64,000 nt of DNA from Eledone cirrhosa (GCA_964016885.1 OZ024760.1:28148001-28212000), one strand, 5' to 3'; counted from the first letter of the stretch, positions 13,495 through 32,507 are shown. Numbers and translations: made by a program. The notes: generated by a model from the sequence alone, not told the origin.

Positions 13495-14110
13495 CGAAGG
13501 AATTGTGGTAAGGAACCAGATGGACCATAACGCACCAAAGTACTCAATACTTAGGGTAGTAGAGTGGGTAATAGGAACAAGTATGACCCCCGACGGCGGA
13601 GCTCAAGCCGTTTCGACGTTTTCCTATAGCTTAGCAATACCAATGAGAAATTTGGTGATTGTGGAAATGGAGTAGTAACCAGAAATTGTTCTTTATATAT
13701 TTATTTCCTTATTTTTATAATGGTTTTTTTTTTACTCCCTTTCGATTTACCTATTCTTTCACCTCTCCCCCCTCCTCTTCTCCAGTACACTTTTTTCGAC
13801 CTTTTATACACTATACTTAGAATCTGTTGTATAGATTTCACTTTCAACGCTTGACTGGGTTTCCCCCACTCCCTCTTTGTTCTACCGGCAAGTTCAGCCA
13901 CCCCTACCTCCCACCAAATGCCATGATAGATTCATCTGTCTTTACAATACATTTTTGACCAATTCTCTTGATAATTACTATCTTCCCATATAAGGAATTA
14001 CCCCCTGAGAAGTTCGGCTATTTATTTACCAGGCTAAAAATTCTTATTTAGTCCAGAAATAGCCGTCGAAACGGCTTGAGCTATGCCGTCGGAGTCATAC
14101 TTGTTCCTAT
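13493..14110. mobile_element. High-copy HHR-bearing family (aggaacca..tggaccata), inverted arrangement
   Basis: Family recurs at 24772, 38573, 38783, 46186, 52455 and 56573; 13675-14020 resembles 29250-29590. Confidence 0.75.
14001..14094 (+). ncRNA. HHR-like motif with long stems II and III and a variant core
   Basis: cccc-CTGAGAA-gttcggctattt...aaatagccgtc-GAAA-cggc ttgagctat gccg-TC-ggag. Confidence 0.55.
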
Positions 14111-14176
14111 ATATATATACATATATATTATTCAAAATATTAATAAATGAAGACGTTCACATAATCAAAATATATG

Positions 14177-14238
14177 TTTTATTATATATATTTCGGAGGT
14201 ACTGTGCTGTTTTTTCAGTACGTCCTCATCAGATAAAA
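14177..14238 (-). ncRNA. Type I HHR
   Basis: ttttat-CTGATGA-ggacgtactg...cagtacctcc-GAAA-tatata-TA-ataaaa. Confidence 0.85.
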
Positions 14239-15384
14239 TACATGAATTGATGTATGACATACCTCAACTGTCTTGATGGTTCAATTCCAGTATTGGCAGT
14301 GATTTATTACAACAAATCTCAATATTTATATACCACAAATAATAACATGATAAACTTAAATATGATGAAGAAGGAGACGTGGAGCGAGATATAAGTATAA
14401 TGAGGAGGTGAGTATGAGGAAATGCAAGAAGAAATAAAAAAAACACATACATACATAAATATTTAAATACGTAAATATCCGTGTTAGGGAAGAAAAAGAA
14501 AGAGAGAGAGATAGATAGAAAAGAAGATAGAAGAAGCAGAGAGAGAGAGAGATAGAAGAGAGAAGAAGAAAGACGTAACTGCAAAAAGGAAAGAAAGAAG
14601 AAAGAGACCTGATGCGTGACCGTTGTTTTCAAATATTAAATCAAATAGAAGCGACCAATTAAATACAATGAAATTTTTTAATATCTTTTGTATTTGATTA
14701 TGTTTAAGCTAATTATACTAGTAAATTATATCAAAATTAAACAATATTAAAATATTTTCTATAATAAACAGAAGCATAGTTTAATTAAAATATATATTAA
14801 ATATTTTGTTACAAAATTCAAAATCATTTTTATCTATAAAGCAAGTTTACATACCTATTAAATATGTATAAGGATATTTACCACAACTTATGCGCATATT
14901 ACCATCAGTATATGCATTTATATAATGTTTAGACTTATTATCTGAATTATTCTTTTTTCATTATAAAAACAGTTCAATTTATTAGTTGGTTATATATACA
15001 TATATATATATATATACATATGTATATATATATATATATATATATTAGAAAGTGAGTTTTTTTTTACAAAATGAAAAATAACCGAGGTGTCCTACACGAG
15101 TGAAAGTATAAATAAAAAAAGATGAAATCGAAAATGCAACTGCAGTCTTATTTAAAAAAATATATATATATTTATTTGGTTCCTTTACCGGATTGGCAGT
15201 TCTTGAGGGTCTGTGGTTTTTCTCACAGACCCTCCATCTCAACTCTACTTTTGAAAAGCAGAAGAACTGCGAAACCGGTAAAGGAACCAAATAAATATAT
15301 ATATATTTTTGAAAAATAAGACTCCAGTTGCATTTTCGATTTCATCTTTTTTTCATTATATATATAATTATATATATATATAAT

Positions 15385-15470
<86 letters not shown>

Positions 15471-15587
15471 ATATATATAATATATATATATATATAATAT
15501 ATATAATATATATATATATATAATATATATAATATATATATATATAATATATATAATATATATATATATATAATATATATAATATAT

Positions 15588-15619
<32 letters not shown>

Positions 15620-15636
15620 ATATATATATATATATA

Positions 15637-15712
<76 letters not shown>

Positions 15713-15746
15713 AGATTTGAATGGATACAGTTTAGTTGAAAGGAAT

Positions 15747-15866
15747 TTATTGACACGTGTTTCTATAACAGTTACATAACCTAAAACAGCTGCTATCTAC
15801 AAACTTTTAGTTATGCAGACATTCAATATTTCAATGTTATTATTTACTGTCATTTCATCAGAATAA
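15747..15866 (-). ncRNA. HHR with ~90-nt stem II (3' pLTR)
   Basis: Reverse complement of 19409-19528. Confidence 0.75.
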
Positions 15867-16422
15867 TATTACTGAGGACCTATTTAGTTTTTATAGAGAA
15901 TATTAGGAGGGAGGAGTGAAGTTGTTAGAAGAATAGTTGAAGGAGTGGTTTTTCGATAGCAGTGAGAATTCTTGGTGGCAGTGAGTAATTAGATTCCCAT
16001 CTGTTGTTTTGACATTTTTTATAGAATATATTATTGGTTATTTTTCTAAATCTATAGAAGGATTAGAGATAGTAAAGATATGCGTGGTTGGTTTTGTGTT
16101 TGCACTTAATTAACATTCAGACTTAAATTTTTCTTTCAAGTGTACGTATCCTTTCACCCACGCATTCACACACAAATATATTTGCACACCTCTACAAAAT
16201 ACATATACTCACAATTCACATATTCATACTTACATATATATACACATGCATACACATATATATACACACATGTATTCATGTACATACATACGCGCTCATG
16301 TGTATACATTTTCATACTCAACTTATCTTTATATACACACGTATAGACACACACATATATACATACATACTCTAGTCCATGTGTACACACATACACATAC
16401 ATACCCATCCATATACACATAT

Positions 16423-16484
<62 letters not shown>

Positions 16485-16753
16485 AGCACTTTAATACATG
16501 AATACACTTACATCTAACTATACACATCAAACATATATATATATTTACTTATTTATATACATTTTCACATATATATACATACTTATGGACGTTTTTAGAC
16601 ACATTCATTATCGCATATTTGCACCTATTCTCATCAGCATATCTTTCCATTATTAGTGTGGTAATTTAAGGTTATTAATATATGTTGAGAAGAGATTGTT
16701 TTTATATTTTTCTAACTAGATTAAGGTTTATATAGTTGGGGGATGTCCCTCTT

Positions 16754-18535
16754 TTATGTAATATTCGGCTTGTAGTGGGAAAAAAGGGTTTTAGTTCTGT
16801 GACGGCAGAATAATGTTCGTTCAATTCTGTTATTCAGCAGTTTCTTCTTGTGTGTGATTATGTAATAAATCTCAAGATTACACAATTTGCAGAAATTTTG
16901 GCTCCTGGAAAAGCTTTGGGTTTTAGCTAATTTCTCCCATTTTAGGGTAAACTTTTGATCGCTATCCCTGAGCGTCCAAGCTTTTTCTGCTAAAGTTGTT
17001 ACATTTCTTTGGCTCTGGTGTTTTATTGAGTAAGAATGCCTATACAATCGAGATTTAAACGATGTTGCCGTTGATCCCACGTAATACCACTCGTTGCCTC
17101 CGGATTTAATGGTACACTTATAAATAATATTTTTTTCCAGGCAGTTATTGCCGAGGGGGCAGTTGTCAGGATAGGTGCAGTTACAGTTGTGTACGTTGGG
17201 TTTTCTCTGGAGTAGTATTGCGGACGAACTTAGGTGTGGTTTATTTATGTTCTGTAGTGTATTGTCTACTGTTTTTTTTGTGTTCTTTGTACTTAAGTTT
17301 TTAGTGTTTTCGTTTAACCTTCTAGTATTGATCTTTTTTATGTGTTGTTCAAGGTTTAACGCTGTAGAGTATGACAGTCTTATAGTGGTAGGGTTTAGGA
17401 TTTTGTGGTATTTGTGTGATGTAGGAAAATGTCTTTTAATTATTTTAAAGAAGAGTACTGGTAAATTTGTACTAATGGAACTATTGTATTCGGGGTTATA
17501 CCATAAGTACTCTTTGCATCGCTTTCTATTAGTTTTGTTTGTTGGTTTACTGGTGTGCATACTATGGTAGTAAGTGTGGTTTGGTGTTGTGTTATTATAT
17601 CTACCTATGTGGGATTTATTTTGGGTGTTTTGATTGTTCCCATCTATGTACTCTATTTTGTTGAGGTAGCCTGCTTTACTAAGGGCGTTATCGTAGTACT
17701 CGGCGTGTTCCTTAAATACTTGTATGTTAGAAGATAGACCCGAGATTCTAAGGGAAATATTTTTAGGGATAGATTTAATTATAGAGATGGGGTGGTTAGA
17801 CCCAACATTTACGTATTTGAGATTTTCATTCAATTTATGAAACGGTTTAATCAAACCAGAGTTTAAATTGAGTGTGACATCCAGGAAGTTAACTACTTTA
17901 AGGTTGTATTCATATGTTATAGTTAGTCCTATTTCGAGTAGTAGTTTTCTTATATCTTTGCGTAGTTTTTCTAGTTTTTGGTTATTAAGGTTTTTAGCTA
18001 GGAGGAGAACATCGTCGCGGTATCTTCCGCCGTGGAGATTGCTGAATTTTTCCTGGAGTCTAAAGGCGATAAATAACCCCACAATATCAGTTATTTCCGC
18101 CGAATCGTTAGAGCCCATTGTTATGTCGAAGTTAGAGGGTCTATCTTTACGTACCCAATAACTGTTCTCAAATTTGACTATAGTTTTCCTAGCTTCTAAT
18201 ATAATCTTAATTTCATCGTTTGTAAGGTCAGAGTTATCCTTAGCAAACTTAATGGCTCTATTCAAAGTTTCGGGTGATATCGATGAGTAATATTCATCGA
18301 TATCAAACTAGATAAACTTAGATTTATTCTTATTGCTAATGCTATTAAACCATCTTATTGCTTCTTGGGTCTTCCCCCAGAGTTTAATGTTAACCTTAGC
18401 CTTAATTTGGGGGATGATTCTATCTAAGATATATTTGCTTATTTTACCTATATCTGATTTAGAGGGGCAGATTAATCTAATTTTAGGGTCATTATCAAAG
18501 TTTACCTTGTGGTCCTTAAGATTGAAGGTGGGTAC
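16754..18535 (-). pseudogene. PLE RT + GIY-YIG, 5'-truncated, one TAG stop near 18310
   Basis: LKDHK.NF...RLICP, F*FDIDEYY, FDITMGS, GRYRDD, CNCx5CPL, IIY...YVGST, CKLC...CRH; the ORF track covers 16754-18265. Confidence 0.93.
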
Positions 18536-18770
18536 CTAGTTAGAAAAATATAAAAACAATCTCTTCTCAACATATATTAATAACCTTAAATTACCACACT
18601 AATAATGGAAAGATATGCTGATGAGAATAGGTGCAAATATGCGATAATGAATGTGTCTAAAAACGTCCATAAGTATGTATATATATGTGAAAATGTATAT
18701 AAATAAGTAAATATATATATATGTTTGATGTGTATAGTTAGATGTAAGTGTATTCATGTATTAAAGTGCT

Positions 18771-18841
<71 letters not shown>

Positions 18842-19408
18842 TATGTATGTATATATGTGTATATGGATGGGTATGTATGTGTATGTGTGTACACATGGAC
18901 TAGAGTATGTATGTATATATGTGTGTGTCTATACGTGTGTATATAAAGATAAGTTGAGTATGAAAATGTATACACATGAGCGCGTATGTATGTACATGAA
19001 TACATGTGTGTATATATATGTGTATGCATGTGTATATATATGTAAGTATGAATATGTGAATTGTGAGTATATGTATTTTGTAGGGGTGTGCAAATATATT
19101 TGTGTGTGAATGCGTGGGTGAAAGGATACGTACACTTGAAAGAAAAATTTAAGTCTGAATGTTAATTAAGTGCAAACACAAAACCAACCACGCATATCTA
19201 TACTATCTCTAATCCTTCTATAGATTTAGAAAAATAACCAATAATATATTCTATAAAAAATGTCAAAACAACAGATGGGAATCTAATTACTCACTGCCAC
19301 CAAGAATTCTCACTGCTATCGAAAAACCACTCCTTCAACTATTCTTTTAACAACTTCACTCCTCCCTCCTAATATTCTCTATAAAAACTAAATAGGTCCT
19401 CAGTAATA

Positions 19409-19528
19409 TTATTCTGATGAAATGACAGTAAATAATAACATTGAAATATTGAATGTCTGCATAACTAAAAGTTTGTAGATAGCAGCTGTTTTAGGTTATG
19501 TAACTGTTATAGAAACACGTGTCAATAA
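19409..19528 (+). ncRNA. HHR with ~90-nt stem II (inverted pLTR)
   Basis: tatt-CTGATGA-aatgacagt...actgttata-GAAA-cacgtg-TC-aata. Confidence 0.75.
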
Positions 19529-19678
19529 ATTCCTTTCAACTAAACTGTATCCATTCGAATCTTTCTATTTTTCTCCGGATTACTTTTGGAACTACAACTG
19601 GAACCGTCGAGCAAACTCTACGTGAGCTGATAATCTACTGTGTGTAATATTTATATTACAACACAACGGAAAATACTG

Positions 19679-19709
<31 letters not shown>

Positions 19710-19911
19710 TATATATATAATATATAAAAATATATATATATATATATATAAATATGTATATATATAAATATATAAATATGTATATATATAAATATATATA
19801 TATATTTATATATATATGTATATATATTTATATATATTTATAAATATATATATATATATATTTATATATATTTATAAATATATATATATATATATTTATA
19901 TATATTTATAA

Positions 19912-19942
<31 letters not shown>

Positions 19943-19956
19943 TATATATATATATT

Positions 19957-20021
<65 letters not shown>

Positions 20022-20418
20022 ATATATTTATATATATTTATATTTATATATATTTATATATATATATATAATCATATAAAGACTTTGCCACCAGACCTAC
20101 CAACCTAACACTCTTATTTACCTACCTAAGTGCCTCTACCACACATATCTCTCTGCCACACTATATAAACAAGACGCACATGCGTGCCACACATATAACA
20201 TTTGCACTATATAACCACTTATCTTCATGTTGTACTTTAACCTATATCTTTGATTTTTGATTGTAATATAAATGTAATCTCGAAGTGTGTACTGCCACTC
20301 TAAATTCTGTAATGAATGTTGACCCACAATGTTTGAATATGTATCAATGTTTGAATATGTATTTGGTATGTCTCTCGGCTGAAAAGGGGGTCATATAACT
20401 GTCCATGCATTAATAAAT

Positions 20419-20465
20419 TGCTCCGAAGAATCCAAACCTCAGTTTGGAGGAAACAGCTGTAAGCA
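20419..20465 (+). ncRNA. Compact HHR with CCGAAGA core
   Basis: tgct-CCGAAGA-atccaaac ctca gtttggag-GAAA-cagctg-TA-agca. Confidence 0.75.
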
Positions 20466-20669
20466 CAATAATGTTTTGAACAGTTCTTTGATTCTTATAT
20501 TTCATATAACTGCTCTGTAAATCATCTGATGTTTTTACATTGAGCTACTTAACTTACTGGTAATAAGGTAGTAATACATTACTGCCTACCACTATTTAGG
20601 GTGTGTGTAAAATACTTACAACTGCTTAAGGTTTTGTGTTTACATAACCATAAATAGTATAACTAATAC

Positions 20670-20789
20670 TATATATATATATATATATTTATATATTTAT
20701 ATATATATATATTTATATATATTTATATATATATATATTTATATATATTTATATATATATATATTTATATATATATATATTTATATATA

Positions 20790-20836
<47 letters not shown>

Positions 20837-20839
20837 ATT

Positions 20840-20872
<33 letters not shown>

Positions 20873-20875
20873 ATT

Positions 20876-20938
<63 letters not shown>

Positions 20939-21021
20939 ATTTATATATATATATATTTATATATATATATATTTATATATATATATATTTATATATATAT
21001 ATATTTATATATATATATATT

Positions 21022-21054
<33 letters not shown>

Positions 21055-21073
21055 ATTTATATATATATATATT

Positions 21074-21110
<37 letters not shown>

Positions 21111-21139
21111 ATTTATATATATATATATTTATATATATT

Positions 21140-21172
<33 letters not shown>

Positions 21173-21173
21173 T

Positions 21174-21208
<35 letters not shown>

Positions 21209-21271
21209 ATTTATATATATATATATCTTTATATTTATATATATATATATTTATATATATATATATCTTTA

Positions 21272-21333
<62 letters not shown>
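20670..21333. repeat. Interrupted (TA)n tract
   Basis: Direct reading. Confidence 0.95.
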
Positions 21334-21334
<1 letters not shown>

Positions 21335-21446
21335 CTGATGATATGGGATCGATTGTGCATTGGATATCGAATGCTCTACTAAATATATAATATTATAGAT
21401 GTACCGAGATCTAGGCAAATAGATGTCTATTGAAACGTACGTAAGA
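21335..21446 (+). ncRNA. 5'-truncated HHR-like motif with long stem II
   Basis: CTGATGA...GAAA-cgtacg-TA; the 5' strand of stem I is replaced by (TA)n. Confidence 0.5.
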
Positions 21447-21561
21447 ACCGAATAAATCTCTTTTACTGCATCTTTGTGTTCTTTTTAATTCTTTATATAT
21501 TTATATATATATATATTTATATATATATATATTTATATATATATTTATATATATATATATT

Positions 21562-21612
<51 letters not shown>

Positions 21613-21613
21613 T

Positions 21614-21664
<51 letters not shown>

Positions 21665-21888
21665 TTATATATATATTTATATATATATATATTTATATAT
21701 ATATTTATATATATATATTTATATATATATTTATATATATATTTATATATATATTTATATATATATATTTATATATATATATTTATATATATATATTTAT
21801 ATATATATATATTTATATATATATTTATATATATAAATTAATAAAATAATGAATAAACAAAGAAACAGTTCCTTATATTAAAAAAATT

Positions 21889-22028
21889 CATCATTTTACG
21901 ATCGTTTCTAGGATATATATGTGTTAGAGTTGGTATGCATATTCTATAGATCTATGTACAATATTTATACAAACTATCAGAGGGAATATACATACCTACA
22001 CATATATATGCTGTCTTCAGAAATAATG
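21889..22028 (-). ncRNA. HHR with ~105-nt stem II
   Basis: Twin of 23155-23294. Confidence 0.75.
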
Positions 22029-23154
22029 ATATTTGTTTATTGAAGAAAACAAAGATTCAATACAATAATATCGTGTAATCATAAACTGAGAAAAACCTTT
22101 AAATATTATAAACCTAATTAATATACACTTTAGAAATTAATATATAAACTGTTTTTAATTTAGTTAACCTACAATTAATATTCTACTACTGATGAACTAC
22201 ATAATTTTACTTTCCTTCTTACAACTATCATTTCCTAAAACTGATACCATTAAGTAAACATATATAATGCTTTAACTTCAGGTTATGACTCTATGTTCCT
22301 TGAAATCTATATATATTTATTATTTCTCACTAATAAACTTAATTCCCCCCCCCCCAAAAAAAAATTATATGTATATGTAAGTGTGTATGTGTGTGTGTAT
22401 ATATATGTGTGTGTATGTATATATGCGTGTATATATATATGTATATATGTGTATATATATGTATGTATATGTGTGTGTGTATGTGTATATATATATATAT
22501 ATATATGTATATATAAATATTATTTTTATATTCTTTTAATTTCCCCTCATCTTTAACAGCACTTTTCAACTGCATTTAACTCTTATTTATCATATCTATA
22601 TGTATTAGTATAATTTTATCAATATAAATATACCCATCAATTAAATTAATTTATATTCTTTTCATAGATGTATTTTTTTCACTAACACTCTTATCGTAAA
22701 ACTTTAGTCTCCTTAGATATTTGCATTGACATTACTATTTTATAACATCAACTGCTTGTATACATTTTACTGACCTGACCTATTTTCACCCCGAAAATAA
22801 GCTTCAATTACTACTATTTTACCATTTGGCCAATTATTAACTTTCTATTGGTTAATTCTAAACCTCTTACCAAACAGACAGAATACATTAGATCTTTGTT
22901 GGTTTTATTCAATGAACAAATAAAATTATTTCTGAGGTCAGCATACGACCTATTTTCTTCCCTAAAATAATCCTTCATTCATAATATTCTTTTCCATCCA
23001 AAACTGAAATCTACCTTCCTCTACCCATAATTTAAGGTTCTTCTACTACTATATTACTATCTTGACCCTCACTATCTCTCTATTGGTCAATTCAAAACCT
23101 GTTCCCAAACAGACCTATTGTATTGAATCTTTGTTTTCTTCAATAAACAAATAT

Positions 23155-23294
23155 CATTATTTCTGAAGACAGCATATATATGTGTAGGTATGTATATTCC
23201 CTCTGATAGTTTGTATAAATATTGTACATAGATCTATAGAATATGCATACCAACTCTAACACATATATATCCTAGAAACGATCGTAAAATGATG
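23155..23294 (+). ncRNA. HHR with ~105-nt stem II
   Basis: cattattt-CTGAAGA-cagcatatatatgtgt...acacatatatatccta-GAAA-cgatcg-TA-aaatgatg; 8-bp stem I. Confidence 0.8.
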
Positions 23295-23505
23295 AATTTT
23301 TTTAATATAAGGAACTGTTTCTTTGTTTATTCATTATTTTATTAATTTATCTTGACTCTGTTTTCCGTTTATTTTTCACCGAAAGTAGATTTTGAATGCA
23401 TCTTCTCTTTTCATGATATCCGGATTACATTGAGTTCTTCATACGGATTGGCCACTACCGTAAACTTTTGGTAGATTTATCTACATATTTATATATATAT
23501 ATATT

Positions 23506-23538
<33 letters not shown>

Positions 23539-23569
23539 ATTTATATATATATATATATTTATATATATT

Positions 23570-23844
<275 letters not shown>

Positions 23845-23871
23845 ATATATATTTATATATGTATATATATA

Positions 23872-23964
<93 letters not shown>

Positions 23965-24071
23965 TCTATTATATTTAGAGATTAAACTCATGGTCGTTTC
24001 ATGCTGGCTGACTTAGTCTGTTGCAATACAAACACGTTTTGTGTTTATCATATATATTAATATATAACTTG

Positions 24072-24132
<61 letters not shown>

Positions 24133-24171
24133 TTATATATATTTATATATATATATATTTATATATATATA

Positions 24172-24240
<69 letters not shown>

Positions 24241-24259
24241 ATTTATATATATATATATT

Positions 24260-24299
<40 letters not shown>

Positions 24300-24369
24300 T
24301 ATATATATATATTTATATATATATTTATATATATATTTATATATATATTTATATATATATTTATATATA

Positions 24370-24415
<46 letters not shown>

Positions 24416-24477
24416 TATATATATATATTTATATATATATTTATATATATATTTATATATATATTTATATATATATT

Positions 24478-24622
<145 letters not shown>

Positions 24623-24633
24623 TTATATATATT

Positions 24634-24688
<55 letters not shown>

Positions 24689-24705
24689 TTATATATATTT
24701 ATATA

Positions 24706-24760
<55 letters not shown>

Positions 24761-24771
24761 ATATATATTTA

Positions 24772-24967
24772 TAGGAACCAGTAAGACAGCTGAGCTCAAG
24801 CCGTTTCGACGGCTAATTCTGGACGCGTCTTCCAGAATTAGCCGTCGAAACGGCTTGAGCTCAGCTGTCGGGGTCTTACTGGTTCCTATTACCCACTCTA
24901 CTACCTCAAGTATTGAGTACTTTGGTGCGTTATGGTCCACCTGGTTCCTTACCACATCTCCTTCGTT
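24772..24967. mobile_element. Palindromic copy of the high-copy HHR family
   Basis: gccgtttcgacggctaattctgga / tccagaattagccgtcgaaacggc. Confidence 0.8.
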
Positions 24968-24976
24968 ATATATATT

Positions 24977-28504
<3,528 letters not shown>

Positions 28505-28649
28505 TTGAGTATATGTTAGTTGTATACCAACACCTCAGTAAGCAGGCTGGAGCACTCGACGAAGTGCGCAGGCTGGTTTGGTTACTCCGGAGTAATGTAA
28601 AATAAATTTAAATAAAAAGTCAAATGTTTAAAATTTAGCTTCGTTTAAT

Positions 28650-28704
28650 ACTGCTATATATATTTCAGTGACAGCCATCTTTGGCTGTGACCTCTTCAGG
28701 CAGT
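28650..28704 (-). ncRNA. Type I HHR (same family as 4519)
   Basis: actgc-CTGAAGA-ggtcacagcc/ggctgtcact-GAAA-tatata-TA-gcagt. Confidence 0.85.
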
Positions 28705-29734
28705 CCGAATTAGTGTCGTATAGACAAGTACATATGTTGTTTAGGTGTATAATATTGTCAATACTCTGATATGCCCAGTTCCTGGTTGGGTTGTTATTTC
28801 ACTGAGGAACTGGAATCAAACGAATTTCAGTGTCAAAGGGCCTCTTCTCCTCTCATTGGTCAGTTGTTAGAACATTCCTCATTCAAAAGTCTATAGAAGT
28901 TCATTCTGAGTCAAGCCAATCTGTAGTTGTTGTTCTTGTTATTGTTAGGTACATCTGACCTCAATTCTTGTGTTGGTAGTGTTGTTATTGTTGGAGTTAG
29001 CTTAAAAAATTGATAAAGTGGTAGAAGGGACAAGGTGTTAAAGGAACAAAATAACAAACCATTGGTCAGTTCTGAGAGCATTCCTCAGTCAGAATTCTGT
29101 AGAATTCTTTCTGGGGTGAGGCTCCCTGTAGTGTTTGTGTTTGTGTACATACATATATATATATATATAGAAAAATACCGTCCCACCTAGTAAACCTTTA
29201 TTTAGTCTAGCAGTACCAGTGAGAGACTTGATAGCTGTCCTTAGGTTATAGTAACCAGAAATTGTTTTTTTTATAATTAATTGTTTTTTTAACATTCTCG
29301 GTATTTTTCTATATATTTACCCCATATTGTTTTACTTATTGTTCCGACTTCCTCCCCCCCCCCCTCGCTAGTATACTTCCTTGACCTCCTGCCCAGCTGT
29401 AGTTGGCACTATCAACGCACGACTGGGTTTCCTCCAGCCCCTCTCCCTCTTTCTTCTACTGGCAGGTTCAGCTTCCCCTTCCCTCCACAAATTGCCATGA
29501 TAGAATTATGTGTCTCAACAACAAACTTTTGACCAATCCTTGTGACAATCACTTTTACCATATATGGAATTACCCCATGAGAAACTCGGCTTTGAAGACT
29601 AAAATCCAAAGAGGGCTACATACGAATTTGAAGACTAAAATCCAAAGAGGGCTACATAAGAATAAATATATATCAAATATATAAGAACCGTAGAGCAAAT
29701 ATTTATTAATCTGTTATTTTAATAAATATATATA

Positions 29735-29800
<66 letters not shown>

Positions 29801-29846
29801 GAAATGACAGGAGGCTGGATTTGTGTAAATCCTTGAAAGGTTTATT

Positions 29847-29904
29847 ATACTATGATCATTTCAATGACCGGGTTCCGTATGTATCCGGTGATATCATCAG
29901 GTAT
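29847..29904 (-). ncRNA. Type I HHR
   Basis: Twin of 30702-30759. Confidence 0.8.
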
Positions 29905-30330
29905 TCGAAATATAATACGTGAATGTAATAGATAAAATCCATATATATAAATATATGCATATATATCTATATATAAATATATGCATATATATATATGCAT
30001 ATAGACTGAACAAAAAAAAAATGGCGTAGACATACAACACAACAGGAGGAACAATGAATATAACACCACTGACGATGTTGCAGATGTGCAACGAAAGATT
30101 TATGTAAACTATATATATATGTGTTTGTCTATATTGTATCTGTATTATTTTTGACCGCCGGTCAGTCAATGGCAACATTGAGGACCGAGTAAGTTAGATC
30201 GCAGATATATATATATAAAAGACAGCGAGAAGCGAAAACCAACCAAACAGTGAGTGTGTTCTGTTATTAATTCTGGCAATATTACGCAAATATGACCCTC
30301 CCCAAACATATATATATATATATATGCATA

Positions 30331-30378
<48 letters not shown>

Positions 30379-30402
30379 TATATTTATATATATATATATA
30401 TA

Positions 30403-30624
<222 letters not shown>

Positions 30625-30701
30625 TATATTTATATATAGATATATATGCATATATTTATATATATGGATTTTATCTATTACATTCACGTATTATATTTCG
30701 A

Positions 30702-30759
30702 ATACCTGATGATATCACCGGATACATACGGAACCCGGTCATTGAAATGATCATAGTAT
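30702..30759 (+). ncRNA. Type I HHR
   Basis: atac-CTGATGA-tatcaccgg...ccggtcatt-GAAA-tgatca-TA-gtat. Confidence 0.8.
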
Positions 30760-30805
30760 AATAAACCTTTCAAGGATTTACACAAATCCAGCCTCCTGTC
30801 ATTTC

Positions 30806-30885
<80 letters not shown>

Positions 30886-31011
30886 TATATATATTTATTA
30901 AAATAACAGATTAATAAATATTTGCTCTACGGTTCTTATATATTTGATATATATTTATTCTTATGTAGCCCTCTTTGGATTTTAGTCTTCAAATTTATTA
31001 TTATTACTATA

Positions 31012-31055
<44 letters not shown>

Positions 31056-31099
31056 TATATTTATAAATGTATATATATGCATATATTTATATATATATA

Positions 31100-31167
<68 letters not shown>

Positions 31168-31212
31168 GAGAGTAAAACAAAGAATCCTTTAATACATCAA
31201 AAGTTTTTATTA

Positions 31213-31250
31213 GCCGACAATGTTTCGCCCTATTAAGGACTCATCAGGGC
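31213..31250 (-). ncRNA. Canonical minimal type I HHR
   Basis: gcc-CTGATGA-gtcc ttaata gggc-GAAA-cattg-TC-ggc. Confidence 0.88.
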
Positions 31251-32113
31251 AATCAAAACAACAAGAAGTAATTTCGGCAGATACAAGCCAGAAACTCTGA
31301 AGAATATGGGGTTTACATATACTAATGTCTTACAAGGATATAGGATAATAAAAATGAGGATAAAACTATAATAACTAAGGTTGTAGATGACATTAAGAAC
31401 CATATTACAAATATGGTCCAAAGTCACCAACTTAAATCTAAACAAATTTGGTTATATAGAACAGGAATTATATATAACACAGTATAATACATTCTAATAA
31501 TAATATATCTATACCAACACTGAAATTCCAAATCAAAAATCAAAAGGTGCGATATATACATGTATATATGTGCGCACACACACATTACAATACACATATC
31601 TATTTTCTATTACACAGAAATTAAGCCTCAAAAATATTAAAAATAAACATGGTAATAGTGAAAATAATGCTAATATATCTACCCAATATACATGGGGCAA
31701 CAATTACAAGAAACACTTATAATAAATAATAAACAACAAAATTATATAATATAATACAATATAATAAAGTAGAATATATATAAAATAAGAATATATATAA
31801 TATCCGGTTAATTTACAGAAACAATATAGATGTCACAGTGAACATTATATTAACAATTACCATATGTACAACATGGTTCATATTGGGTTACATAATAAAT
31901 GGGGAAATATCAATCATATAATATAATACAATAATACAATAATACTCAAAAAAACTATATTGGTACAGGGAACAATTATGATGTTACAGAAAAAATATGT
32001 TGTTACAGAAAAAATATATAGACATCTAACATGATATGTAAAGTCTAAATACCGTAATGTTACATACTACAGTATTAAAATATTAAAATATTAAGATATT
32101 AAAATATTTGACT

Positions 32114-32153
<40 letters not shown>

Positions 32154-32159
32154 TATATT

Positions 32160-32275
<116 letters not shown>

Positions 32276-32323
32276 TATATATATATATATATATATATAT
32301 GCATATATATATATATATATATA

Positions 32324-32381
<58 letters not shown>

Positions 32382-32507
32382 TATATATATATATATATAT
32401 ATGCATATATATATATATATATATGCATATATATATATATATATATGCATATATATATATATGCATATATATATATGCATATATTTATATATATATATGC
32501 ATATATT

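Larger units (their letters stand above)
15708..19678 (-). mobile_element. Penelope-like element (Naiad-type) with ~1-kb inverted pLTRs
   Basis: 15708-16720 is a near-identical reverse complement of 18536-19568; RT/GIY-YIG between them; (TA)n on both sides. Confidence 0.95.
21835..23490. mobile_element. Non-coding PLE-type inverted insertion (arms 21835-22065 / 23118-23349)
   Basis: Reverse-complement arms with HHRs; the right arm has an extra tail. Confidence 0.75.

Noticed and set aside
18300-18320. Possible selenocysteine recoding, as reported for some Naiad PLEs
   Set aside because: The in-frame stop is TAG, not TGA; I saw no TGA at the Cys motifs.
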